Source of the DNA: Mantamonas sphyraenae STR306
Lineage: Eukaryota > Protista > CRuMs
Direction of reading: 5' to 3'
Assembly: GCA_026936335.1 (NCBI GenBank)
Contig: JAPMXV010000019.1
Coordinates: 186,001 to 250,000 of the forward strand
DNA length: 64,000 nt
Under the pieces are notes generated by a model. The model made no database searches. It was not told the origin of the DNA and saw nothing but the letters and a program-made list of their open reading frames with translations. The position numbers and the translations under genes are program-made. Below, one piece after another: positions 1 through 11,064 of the stretch; position 1 is the stretch's first letter, and each line of letters opens with the position of its first letter.

Positions 1-13
1 AAACCCGTCCACA

Positions 14-34
14 AACAACAACAACAACAACAAC
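14..34. repeat. (CAA)n microsatellite
   Basis: acaacaacaacaacaacaac directly visible downstream of the first gene's stop. Confidence 0.9.
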
Positions 35-75
35 CCTTCCATTGTACAACCCTTTACCCAATGCTGCTCACTTCT

Positions 76-3000
76 TCAACATTCTTCCTTCTCCCATTTG
101 GCTTGCAGCAGCACGAAAAAGTCGGTTGGGTCTTCGTCCGCCCCGTCCACCACCAGCGTCATGCCCTTCAAGGACTTTTCCGAGTGCATCCTGTGCATGC
201 CTCGTGTCGGCTGCACCACTTTGTCCAGCGATTCGATCTCCTTGGGAAACTGGGCCGCCACCTCGCTGAACTTTTTGTGCGTCAGGCGATACAGCACTGC
301 CCCTTCCTCGCTGCTCACACGCACACGCCATACGCGCGGTGTGTTGGGCATCAGAAGCGCATACTCCCCAAAGAATGCACCGGGTTCCAGTTTGCGGAAC
401 ACGCGGTCCGTTGTCTTGTTCACTTGGGCGCACTCGCCGTCCATCAGAAAGTACATCTCCGCACCAGGCTCCCCCTGCTCAATCACAATCTCGCCTTGCG
501 CAAACTTGACCACGTCCAGCCGCTCCAGCATCGCCTTGCGGAACTCCACGCTCGTCTCTGTAAACAGACACGTGCTCTTCAGCAGCGTCTGGAACAGATC
601 AATCGCCCCTTCCTTTGCCTTGCGCTTCGACATGTGTGCTCGCAAAGACGCCCAGTTGCTCGTTCGCCCTCCCTCCTTTGCCGTCACAATGTCTCGCAGT
701 CGCTTCTTGGCTCGTTTCGCATTCTCCGACAATCCACTCGATGCCCTCGTTTCGCTGCTGCTTCCACCGCTGCCGCTGCTGCTGCCTCCACTGCTGTTGC
801 CACTCTCCCCACCCTTTTGCTCGTCATCCATCACCTGATCCAACAGGTGGCGTGTCTCGTTCAGTCGTGCCACCTCCTCCTCACCCGTGCTGTTCTTGCG
901 CGTGCGTCGTGGTTTCAACGGTTGCTTCAGGTGGCCATCATCGTCACCTTCGGGCGCCATGCAACTCTCCAGACGCGCTTCTGCCACAGCGGCGATCTTG
1001 GCCGTCTCTTCCGGAAAGTGTGTCAACACCTCGTCAAACTCTGTGCGTCCCAGACGAAAGCATGTCGACACGCTCATCGACTTTACACTCATGGTGCGAG
1101 CCGTCTCAAACAGCAGGGCGATCTCTCCAAAGAATGTCCCTGGCGGCAACACCGTCACCTCGTTGCCCTTTTCATCCACCACTGCCACTGTGCCCATCGT
1201 CAGGAAGTACATATCTTCCGCCTCCTCCCCTTGCCGGATGATGTACTCGTTCTCACCGTACACCACGGGCTCGAACATCTGCAGCAATGCCATCTTAAAG
1301 TCGTTGTTCGAGTCCGCCAGCGTCTGCAGCATGTCCGTCGCCGACTGCCTTCGACCCACCTCTGTCTCTGCATCCACCGTCAGTGACAACGAGCTTTGCA
1401 GCATATCTTCGTCTTCGTACTCATCCTCGTCCTCGTACTCCTCGCCCTCTTCGCCCTCTTCGCCCTCTTCACCCTCCTCGTCCTCGTACTCGTACTCATC
1501 GCCCTCCTCCCCTTCTTCATCCTCGTACTCGTCTCCCTCTTCGTACTCTTCTCCCTCCTCCTCTTCTTCGTCTTCGTCATCGTCGATGCGCCGCACCGCA
1601 AAAGGCTTCTGCTTCTGACGCACGTTTTGCGTGTCCACACGCAGCTCCGAGCTCAGATTGCGCTCCAGACCAGGTTTGCTGTTCAGTTCCTGATTGTTGT
1701 TCTCCGTTGCGTCGGTGCTCTCTTCGCCCGCCTTCTCCGTTGTCGACTCCTTGTGCATGGGTGCCCCGGCATGTTGCACCTCGTCCTCCGGATCGACGGG
1801 CAGCGTGATCTCCGGCATGTCCTTCAGGCCGATCTCCTCAGCCACGGCTTCGTCATCCATGTGCTGTTGCTTCTGCTCTGCCGTCGGCGTGGCCACAGGG
1901 GTGACTTCCGCAGCGCTCATCTCGCCCATCTCGGGCTGGTCCTCCTCCTCCTGCGCCACAGGGCCCTCCCTACGCTTGTCCTCGCGCAGGCGACTGCTGC
2001 TGCTTTGGCTATGGGCACTGCGCACCCGCTCGCGTCGCTTCTGTGCCTCCGAATCGCCATCGCTTTCGTACTCCTCCTCAGTCTCCCACTCCTCCTCCGT
2101 TTCCCATTCTTCTTCCTCCTCCTCCTCGTACTCCTCGCCGTCTGCATATCCGCCCTGGCTGTACAATCCCTGTCGTCGCTTCTTTTCATCCTCTTCCATG
2201 TTCTGTTGCTGCTGTTGCTTGTTGCGGTGGTGTGCGTACGCAAGCTCCCTTCGCTCACGCAGCAGCTCCTGTGTCTCGCTCGGCAGCTGCTTAAACTCCT
2301 CTTTCTGCTTGCGTCGTTGCTGCTCATTGATAAAGTCTCGTCCCACCTGTCGCCCTGGACTGCGTGGCGATCCGCCTGCCTTTTGGCTCTTTTTGCTGTT
2401 CTTCTTTTCCTGCTGCACCTGCTGTGGCGCCATCAGCGTCCACATCTTGCGATCCTCGTCCCACCACTCCTCAATGGGCTGCCCAAAGCGGTCGTACAGG
2501 AAGCCCTCCTTGTCTTCGTACCACAGCCGGTGGCCGTACTTGTCCGACAGAGTCAGCATCCTCGACACACGCTTGCCCTTTCCCTTTTGCCCCTTGACCT
2601 GCTGCTGCTGCTGCTGCTGCTGTTGCTGTTGCTTCTGCTCCTTGTTGGATTTGGTCTTGTTCTTGCGTCCCTTGCCCTTGGAACCACGGGACGCTCCCGT
2701 GCTCGATCTGCTCATGGTCAGGTGTTCGATTTCCGCTCGCTTGGCAGCCACCTCTCGTTCCCTCTGCAGTCGTTCCTGCTCCTCCTTGCGACGTTGCATG
2801 GCCTGTTGCTTCTTGGCCGGTGTCGAGCGCATGCCTACAATCTCCTGCCGCACCGTGTACGGATTGTCCGCCTTGTCTTCCAACGAGCGCGACATTTTGC
2901 TCTGCTGCGGCTTCCACTTCACCGACGTCGTCTTGAGCAGGTTCTTGCGAGCGTGATGCTTCATCTCCCACACGGGCACTTCCTCCTCCTTCTCTTTACG

Positions 3001-4071
3001 TGGCGGCTCCACAATCTTGACGCTCTTCTTTGGCTTTTTGCCACCTGCTGCTTTGCCCGCTCCACGTGAGCCTTTCTCTGGTGCATGGGCCTGATCTTCC
3101 TGGACAGGAGGATGCGGAGCATCGACATCAGCCACCATACTCGACTCCTCCTCTTCCTCCTCGTCCTCCGGGGATTCAAACACGGGCTCTCGGGGAGCTG
3201 GTTGTGCGCCTGCGCTGCTGGCTTTCGACTTTTTGCTCTTCTTCTTCTGCTTCTTGCGCTTCTTGTGGGTGCGTGCCAAGCGTGGCACCAGCGGTTTGGG
3301 TCGCACGTAGTGTTCTTGTTCTTCTGGCTGCCTGTTCTGGTGGCGTAGTTTGCTCTCGTAGCCCAGGGACCACTCGTTGTACTTTTTGCCCGTGCGCTCC
3401 TCGTACTCCTTGGCCTGCTGCGCATCAAACACCTCCCATGTGCTCAGGCAATCGGTGACACCGGAGCTTTGGTGCGTTTTGCTGGAGTATGTGCGGATGC
3501 TGGAGTGGTTTGTTGTGCTGGCCCAGGCGTAGTCGTACGAATCAGGCAAGGTCACTTTTCCGTTGCCAGTCGAGCCGCCGTTGGCCTGCTTTTCTCGCTC
3601 ACGTGCTCGATCCAGCAGCGCAGAGTCGTACATTCGGTCCAAAAACTTGTTCTTTTGGTACAAATCCTGCTTGAGAAGCTGCTGCGTCTCTTGCTTGGCC
3701 TGTGTCTGCGGCGACGCAAACGTTGCTCCCGTCGTGGTCCGGTAATGCGTGGCCACCAGCGACTTGTCAGGCTTCCTGTTGGCCCGTCGGCCCGTCTGAC
3801 TGCCACTCATGTAGGGCACCGAGCTGGATGCAGCTTGTTCCAGTTTGATGGCACGCAGTTGCTCCTTGCGGGAGAGCTGCTGCTGTGATGGTTGCTGCGG
3901 CTGTTGCTTGCGTGGGCTGCGTTCCGAATGGTGTCTGTGTCGATGATGGTGGTGGTGGTGGTGGTGATGGTGGTGTTGACGTCCATGGTGATGCTGACCA
4001 TGTCTGTGTTCACCCCCTTCAGCCTTTTGAGACGATGTCTGTCCTTGTTGCGGCGGCTGCTCCGTCGACAT
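76..4071 (-). CDS. Large low-complexity protein with two C-terminal cyclic-nucleotide-binding (cNMP) domains
   Basis: Two CNB motifs: IIRQGEEAEDMYFL...FFGEIALLFETARTMSV and VIEQGEPGAEMYFL...FFGEYALL..PR. Likely start MSTEQ at 4071, since the upstream part of the ORF is antisense to the next gene. His, Gln and Glu runs present. Confidence 0.8.
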   Translation of the reverse strand: MSTEQPPQQGQTSSQKAEGGEHRHGQHHHGRQHHHHHHHHHHHRHRHHSERSPRKQQPQQPSQQQLSRKEQLRAIKLEQAASSSVPYMSGSQTGRRANRKPDKSLVATHYRTTTGATFASPQTQAKQETQQLLKQDLYQKNKFLDRMYDSALLDRAREREKQANGGSTGNGKVTLPDSYDYAWASTTNHSSIRTYSSKTHQSSGVTDCLSTWEVFDAQQAKEYEERTGKKYNEWSLGYESKLRHQNRQPEEQEHYVRPKPLVPRLARTHKKRKKQKKKSKKSKASSAGAQPAPREPVFESPEDEEEEEESSMVADVDAPHPPVQEDQAHAPEKGSRGAGKAAGGKKPKKSVKIVEPPRKEKEEEVPVWEMKHHARKNLLKTTSVKWKPQQSKMSRSLEDKADNPYTVRQEIVGMRSTPAKKQQAMQRRKEEQERLQREREVAAKRAEIEHLTMSRSSTGASRGSKGKGRKNKTKSNKEQKQQQQQQQQQQQVKGQKGKGKRVSRMLTLSDKYGHRLWYEDKEGFLYDRFGQPIEEWWDEDRKMWTLMAPQQVQQEKKNSKKSQKAGGSPRSPGRQVGRDFINEQQRRKQKEEFKQLPSETQELLRERRELAYAHHRNKQQQQQNMEEDEKKRRQGLYSQGGYADGEEYEEEEEEEWETEEEWETEEEYESDGDSEAQKRRERVRSAHSQSSSSRLREDKRREGPVAQEEEDQPEMGEMSAAEVTPVATPTAEQKQQHMDDEAVAEEIGLKDMPEITLPVDPEDEVQHAGAPMHKESTTEKAGEESTDATENNNQELNSKPGLERNLSSELRVDTQNVRQKQKPFAVRRIDDDEDEEEEEGEEYEEGDEYEDEEGEEGDEYEYEDEEGEEGEEGEEGEEYEDEDEYEDEDMLQSSLSLTVDAETEVGRRQSATDMLQTLADSNNDFKMALLQMFEPVVYGENEYIIRQGEEAEDMYFLTMGTVAVVDEKGNEVTVLPPGTFFGEIALLFETARTMSVKSMSVSTCFRLGRTEFDEVLTHFPEETAKIAAVAEARLESCMAPEGDDDGHLKQPLKPRRTRKNSTGEEEVARLNETRHLLDQVMDDEQKGGESGNSSGGSSSGSGGSSSETRASSGLSENAKRAKKRLRDIVTAKEGGRTSNWASLRAHMSKRKAKEGAIDLFQTLLKSTCLFTETSVEFRKAMLERLDVVKFAQGEIVIEQGEPGAEMYFLMDGECAQVNKTTDRVFRKLEPGAFFGEYALLMPNTPRVWRVRVSSEEGAVLYRLTHKKFSEVAAQFPKEIESLDKVVQPTRGMHRMHSEKSLKGMTLVVDGADEDPTDFFVLLQAKWEKEEC

Positions 4072-4254
4072 CCTTCGTTTTTGGATCGGCCAGCGCCCTC
4101 GCTGCACGACCACTTGCCAAGTGACATGGGATCGAATCTGAACGAAAACAAAAAGGTACCATTCAGCTGCGCTTGCACTCGGACTGCAGACACATGCGTG
4201 CTGCATGTGTGCGTTGGAAAGGCCAGCGAAAACTTCCTCCGAACCCGGCCCATC

Positions 4255-7200
4255 ATGAGCGACGAGATCGAGGAAGTGGAAGTGTTGGACGAGTTTGACG
4301 ATGAGTTTGACGACGACGAGGACGAGCTGCTGGACGGCAAAAAGAACAAACAAAAGGTGGATGGCAAGACGTTCAAGATCAACATCAAGAACATCCGCAT
4401 CATGAATCCGAGCAAGGACGTCTCTGCGCCTATTGTGCACTTTATTATCAAGGAAACGGAGGAGGCACGCGAGGAGCGAGAGGCCGAAGAAGCGTACGTT
4501 GGAAATCGCATGGCGAGCTGTGTCCACAGCAGCAGGCGGCAGCACAGGAAACGGGCGCCGATTGCAAAGTTCAGCGACTCGCCGCAGGCCAACCCGTGTG
4601 TGGTTTTTGTCCCGAATCGCAGCATCGCAGCCAGCAGGTGCTACACGCGACCGGCCACGCGGACTTGTGTGTGCATGTGTGGTGCTTGTACAGGCTGTGC
4701 ACGTGGATGCAGCTGTGCTGGAGTGGCCAGACACGCGGGGAGAGCGTGCGAGGCAGAGGGTTTCGGCGCGAATCCGTGAGCCGCCTCGCACGGGACGCTC
4801 CTGGTGATGCCCCAGCCCATGAGGACGCCCAACGCATGCATGAAGACACGCTAACACGACATGGATTGCGACATGGCCATACACACGCACCCTTGTATTC
4901 GCACAGGCTGCTGAAGAAGCAGGGTAAACGAAACACAGTGGGCAAGCCCAAGACCATCACCATGAAAACGGAGACGCTGTCGGGCTTCGACCCAGAGGAT
5001 GCAGACTCGAGCAACTTTGCCGCGATGTTTGAAAAGCTGTGGACAGGCACATACGAGGACCTGGCCAGGCAGGAGCTGATTATGCAGGTGAGTGGTTGCA
5101 GGCAGGCAGGCAAACGTCCTCTGACATGTGTGCGCCGTTTTGGAGGCTCCGCGTCCCGGGCTGGCCCTGTCGAGGAAGCGGTGACGCAAGAAGCACGTGC
5201 ACACAACGAAAGGAAGCACTGACATGGTGTGTTTGTGTGTGTGTGTATGTGGGACGTGCATGTGTGTGTGCAGGTGTACGACTACCGCTGGTGCTGCCGA
5301 CGAAACGAATTCCTGGGCGAGGCACGGTTGAACCTTGGCTCGTGGGCAAGCGGTCAAATCCGCAATCTGCACCCGATCTTGATGAACCAAAAGGGCAAGA
5401 AAGCCAAGGTGAACGGCGAGCTGTCCTTCCTGGGCTACTTCCAGGAGGTGTTTGAGTACCACATCACCTTTACAGAGTGGCGCGGCTCGGACCTGCGTGC
5501 CGCCGACGACGACGGCACCTCTGATCCGTACCTGGTGATTAGCATCCCACCACGCAACCTTGCGGCTGCCTTCCAGCCTGGCGCACTCAAAGGCGGCTAC
5601 TGGAATCGCAGCTGCAAGTCGATCACCATCTACAACTCGCTGTACCCGTACTGGGAGGAGGTGGGCACCTTGCAGTTCTACGGGACCCGCAGTGAGCTGG
5701 AAAACTCCATGCTCCATCTCACCGTCTACGATTGGGATCGCATCTCCTTTGGATCCAACGAGGTGGTCGGCGGCGCCATTGTGCCCATGCGTGGTGTCAT
5801 TGACTATGAGAGCGCCGGTGCCAAGCTGCGTAAGTGATGCCAGGAGGTTGTGTGTGTGTGTGTGTGTGTGTTGTGTGCGTGTACTAACCACGGTAACCCT
5901 CACAGAGGTCGAGGCCGAGGTGGAGCACGAGAACGAAGAGTCGGGAGAAACGACGGTGACGGTGGAAACTGTGGATGCAGGCTTCATCTCGGGCAACGTC
6001 AAGGCGGAGAAGCTGCCGCAGTATCATCAAAAGGGTGACGTGGCGCAGGTGATTGAGGGCGTGCAGTACCTTGCGGTGAAGTTGCGACACGCAAAGAACC
6101 TGATGGCCACGGACGAGAACGGTCTGACGGATTGCTTTGCGGTGTTGGAATGGGACGGTCAGACACTGGAGTCGCAGGTGGTGTGGGAGAACCTGAACCC
6201 TGTGTGGGGTGAAACGCTGCACTTTCCGGTGCGTCTGGCCAACATCACAGCCACCGAGTTGCAGAAAAAGGGCCCCATCAACGTGCAGCTGTTTGACTAC
6301 GACGAGGAGGGCAACGACTTGCTGGGCGTGTTTCAGATTCCGCTGTCCAAGATCACGGCCGCGCCCAAGGGCAAGTACTCACGCAAGTCGCCACAGACAC
6401 GCATCTACAAGGAGGCCAATTTCAAGATTGGCGGCCCGTGTGAGGAAGCAGAAGTGGACTCGCGCATTGCCTTTGACGCGTGGTTCCAGCCAGACCTGCC
6501 GGACGACATGAGGCTTGCGGCGGAGGACGCCGAGGCGAAAACGCTCCCGGAGCCGTTCCTGAACCGAGCCGAGACGTGGCACAAGAGCACACCCAAGTAC
6601 ATGCGTTCGCTGCTGACGTACCACTTCCAGGCATACGACGAGTTTGGCAAGGTGCACTTTCTGCCCTGCTTCCTTGGACCCGGATACAGGCTGCCAGGCG
6701 AGCAGTGGCGTACGCTGGAGGTGACTGTGGGCAACAAGAACTTTCTGCGCGAGTATGTGGTGTCACGCATGGTGCAGGCGTACACGTTTGCAGAGCAGGA
6801 GCCGCACCGGTACGGCGAAGACGCGCTGGTGTGGAAGTCGTCCAACTTTTTCATGCAGATGAAGAAGGGTACGACGATGGATCACGCCCTGTTCCTTGCA
6901 AACCTGCTGATGCAGCTGAAGAAGCCGACGGAGGACCCGCAGGAGGAGCCGGACCCGTACATGGACGTGTACGTGGCCATCGGCAAAACGAAAAAGGGGC
7001 AGCGGCACGCGTGGGTGGTGACACGAGAACCCAACGGCAGCGTAACCATGTGGGAGCCCACCAATGGCAAGCAGTACCAGCTGCGCGACCGGTGGGAGGG
7101 CAAGGGCCTGCAGCTGGAGCATGCGGAGCGGGGCGAGGACGACGACGACATGTCGGACGATGAGCTGGGCGTGTCGCGGGTTCCGGGGCGCGATCTGTCG

Positions 7201-8274
7201 GACATTTGTGTGGACCCGCTGTTGGAGGAGCAGAAGCGGGAGGAGGTGAAGAAGTTGAAGGCGAAGAAGAAGAAGAAGGAGAAGAAGCTGACGAGGCGGG
7301 AGAAGGAGGACCGTGCGAGGCTGAAGGAGCTGGAGGAGATGGAGAACGCACGTCAGGTGAACGACACAGACATCCTCATCTTTATGGACGAGAGTGAGTT
7401 CCGATTTGCACCGATGGATGTGGTGCGCACAAATGAGAGCTACGAACAGGTGCCCGGCAAGAACATCACGGTGGACGAGTGGGACAACCTGCACGAACAG
7501 GGCGACGAGTTTGACAGCGAGGAGCGTCTGCGGGAAGTGGGCAAGGAGCTGCTGGAGCGCACCAAGTTCAGCTTGCCGTACGAGGCCATCGAGGTGCTGT
7601 TCAACAACGAAAACATCTGGGCCAACATTCAGCACCCGAACCCGGTACGTTGCGAGTACGATCTGGACAATCCGGTGAAGTGGGCAGCGTTCATCTCGTT
7701 TGAGGACGAGGCGAGCACCAACTTGCCAAAGCCCGCCCTGCTGCAACAGCCCAACCTGATCAAGCAGCCACTTGACGAGGAGACCAAAACGGTGCTCGAG
7801 GGCAACATTGCCATGGAAATCATGGAGGCCATCAAGACACACCGCCACGGCAAGAGCCAGGAGACTCACTTTGAGGCGGAAGTGGGCAAGGTGCTGAGGA
7901 GGGGCCTGCAGTTCTACGAGGCAGACCAAATCTTCAAGTTGGATCCGGAGATGGAAGACAACCCGGAGAAGAAGCAGGACATCGAGGCACAGCTGGAAAA
8001 GGAGGAGAGCGACTTTCAGAACTGGCAGCAGGACGTGACCATCGCCACACCGCCCGCACACGAGTTTGTGTGCAAGCCCTTCAACTTTTTCTTTACGGAC
8101 GCAAAGAAGATCCGTCGCGAGCTGATGGAGCGTGTGGACTGGCATGACAAGGAGGCGGAGGGAATCAAGTTTGCGCTGGCGGTGCTTGCGTCGCCGTACC
8201 ACGGTGGTGTGTCCAGCGTTTTTGTGTACTTTGCGGTGATGCAGCCGGTGAAGGACGAAGAGGAAGAAGGGTGA
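4255..8274 (+). CDS. Multi-C2-domain protein with CEP76/CC2D2A-type transglutaminase-like domain (4 exons)
   Basis: C2 motifs (DLRAADDDGTSDPY, NLMATDENGLTDCFA..NLNPVW, LFDYDEEGNDLLG) and MDHALFLANLL..VAIG..HAWV..VTMWEPTNG. GT-AG introns at about 4494-4907, 5088-5273 and 5830-5905 join the exons in frame. Confidence 0.8.
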
Positions 8275-8322
8275 GGGGTCAGGAGGGCTCAGCAGCAATG
8301 GAAGACTTGTATTGCGAGATTT

Positions 8323-10958
8323 TCACTGGTTCTTGGCACCGAATCGCAGCAGAAGGTCAAAGTGACGCTGCTGGACCTCAGTTTCCATGGCAGAGAGTTT
8401 GCCCACAGTGGGTCGCAGTTGCTCGACGTGCTCCTGGCTCTCTGTCTGCTGTGCATCCTTGCCCTTGGCGGCGACCTTGCCGTACTCGACATCCATCGAG
8501 TCGCGCAACTCCTCGGGCAGCTCGTAGTTGTCGCCCAGCTCGGGGATGGGTTCGCCCAGTTTGGCTTCGACCTGTGACAGGATGTCTGGTTCGTCAAACC
8601 AGATGCAGCAGCCGTTCTGCTCGGTGAGACGAGTGTTTGTGCAGCCACGCCCGCCGCGACGGCCGCACGTGTGGTACCACACCTTTTCCTGTGTATCGGC
8701 CACAAGGGATATGGCCAAGCCCATGGCTTCTGCACGTCCGACACGTCCGACGCGGTGGAGGTAGTCCTCGGGGACGGCGGGCATGGTGACGTTGATGACG
8801 AAGGGCAAGCCGGAAACGTCGATGCCGCGTGCTGCGACATCTGTGCAAATGAGGAAGCGTACAACGCCCATTTTGAAGGCAGCCAGGTTGTTTCGTCTTT
8901 GGTGCTGTGGGATTTCGCTGTGCAGGCAGGCGCATGCATACTTGCCTTCGAGTCCAGAGTACTTCTCGCCAGAGACTGGGCGAGGGCAAGGGAAGGGGAT
9001 GGCATGAGTGTGTGAGCATGTATGGATGGTGGATTCCGGGGTGTGGGGGCGTGGGGTGATGGTGGATACGTGGGGAACGTACATCGCTGGCCGCCGCCAA
9101 TGTCGATGAGATAGTCCTCGAGGTTGTTGCAATCGAGTTTGGTGCGGCAGAAGATGAGGGCCTGGTCCATCTGGTAGGCGTCGATGATTTTGACGACGAT
9201 CTGGGGTTTGATGCGCTTGATGCACTCGGACATGGACTGTGGGGTCTGGCTGCCCGGGTTGACCTGGTCTTTGACGTGGACCTCATCGGTGCGAGGCTGT
9301 TCACGTGCAGTGCCCCAGGAGGAGATGGTGGAAGGGCGTACACGGACGAGGGTGTGGTGCACTGTGTCTGGCACGGCGTCCTTGCCCTTGAGGTCGACCC
9401 AGGTGGGGAAGGCAGTGATCTCCTTGGTGAGCTGGGTGATGGGGTCGGAGTGAAGGGTGGCCGAGAACATGAGCACCTGGAATGCCTTTGTCTTGGGAAT
9501 GCCTTCGTACATGGAAAGGATGTTTTCGCTGTTGCCCTCTTCGAGGAGCTTGTCGGCCTCGTCGAGGACAAAGGCACGCACCATGCTGGTGTCCAGGAAG
9601 CCGACTTCAATCATGTTGGCCACCTTGCCAATGGTGCCGACCACAATGTGCACTCCACGTTGCAACTTCTTCTTGATCTCCTTTGTGTCCATCCCGCCAC
9701 ACACGAGCAGGCAGCTGATCTGCGGCTCGGTCAAATACTTGGAAAAGGCAACCAGCTGCTCGTACACTTGTTCAGCCAGTTCACGTGTCGGCTCCAGAAT
9801 GAGACATTGGGTGAGCACAGGCGGCGAGGACGAGGATGATGATGAGGAGGAGGACGAGGACGAAGTGTTGGACGAGCCACTGGAGCTGCTGGAGCTGGTC
9901 GAGGCGCTGTGCGCTGCAAGAAACGCCGCTGCACTTGTGATCTGTCGGTCAGAGGCGGCCAAGGCAAAGCCTGTGGTGTCTTTTGGCTGGTGAGCAAAGG
10001 CGGAGAGGCCAAAGTTCAGCTGGAGTTGTGCGTTCTTGAGATAGACGGCGGGAAACAAGCCAAGGGCGGTCTCGCGCTGCGGATCAACGAGCTCAAAGGC
10101 CACGCCGAGGTCGGTGCCATTCTTGGAAAAGGAGATTTGGTTTGTGTCAAGGTCGAGGAGGACGCCGACGACGTCGTTGAGGCCAAACTTTTCGCCGTAG
10201 GACTGAAAGTCGCGGTTTGTGGATCGTACGCCTGTGCCTCCGTAGCCGTAGCTCTGCTTCTGTTCGCCCAGGGCGCGGTTGGCAGCCATTGTGCTGAGTC
10301 CAACGCGGCACAGGCCCTCATCCTGTACAGTGGCTTCAAAGTACCAACGACCCGAAGTTGCACAAAGGCCATGGGTGGCCCTGGCGCCGCCCCAAGTGCG
10401 CTCGGCACGGCTTTGACACACCAACCCATCGTCATCGATGGCCACCATGGGGTCGCGGTCGTTGACATTGAGTCGCATGTCTCCGGAAGTGTTTGCTTCG
10501 ACGTCGTCCTCGTCCGCGGTTCCCTTGCGTGTCAGGGACTCGTGGATGAGTTGGAGCACAGGCAAGCCAAACGCCTGTGGGGTGGGGTCGAGCCGTGTTA
10601 ACCATCAAGGCTGGAAGGATAGGCAAGAGGCGCGAAAATGAAGGGCGGTGGGTTAGCACGCGACTTACGCCTGTCTTGCCAGACCCAGTTTCGGCGGCCT
10701 GAGGGAGTGGGGGGACGGGAGATTCAGGTTTGGGTCCGTGTCAGATGGAACACGGCGGGGAGAGAAAGGGGAGAGGTGCACGCACAGCAAGAATGTCTCC
10801 GCCTGTGAGGGCAAGCGGGATGGCTTCCTCTTGGATGGAGGTGGGCAGAAACCAGCCCATGTCGGTGACGGCTTCGGTGAGCTCAGGGATGAGGCCCAGG
10901 CGGTCAAAGGCAGCCTGTTGAACGTGAATGGGAGTTGTGATTGCATGGGTTAGTCCAC

Positions 10959-10998
<40 letters not shown>

Positions 10999-11020
10999 GA
11001 GGAAAGGCGATTGGTACCAT
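8323..11020 (-). CDS. DDX1: DEAD-box RNA helicase DDX1 with SPRY insertion (5 exons)
   Basis: Spliced N-terminus M|AAFDRLG..PTSIQEEAIP..|AAETGSGKTG|AFG, SPRY insert, LEPTRELAEQ, VLDEAD, FSAT, TDVAARGID, HRVGRVGR and KVWYH. Confidence 0.95.
10963..10995. repeat. (GA)n microsatellite in DDX1 intron 1
   Basis: Uninterrupted AG dinucleotide run. Confidence 0.95.
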
Positions 11021-11064
11021 GAGGTGGTTTGTTTCGGTGGCGGGCCCAGCGGCAGCAGCATCCA

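Noticed and set aside
4072-4890. N-terminal extension of the 1604-aa ORF overlapping the C2 gene
   Set aside because: Antisense to exon 1 and intron 1 of the C2 gene; MSTEQ at 4071 gives a normal divergent arrangement
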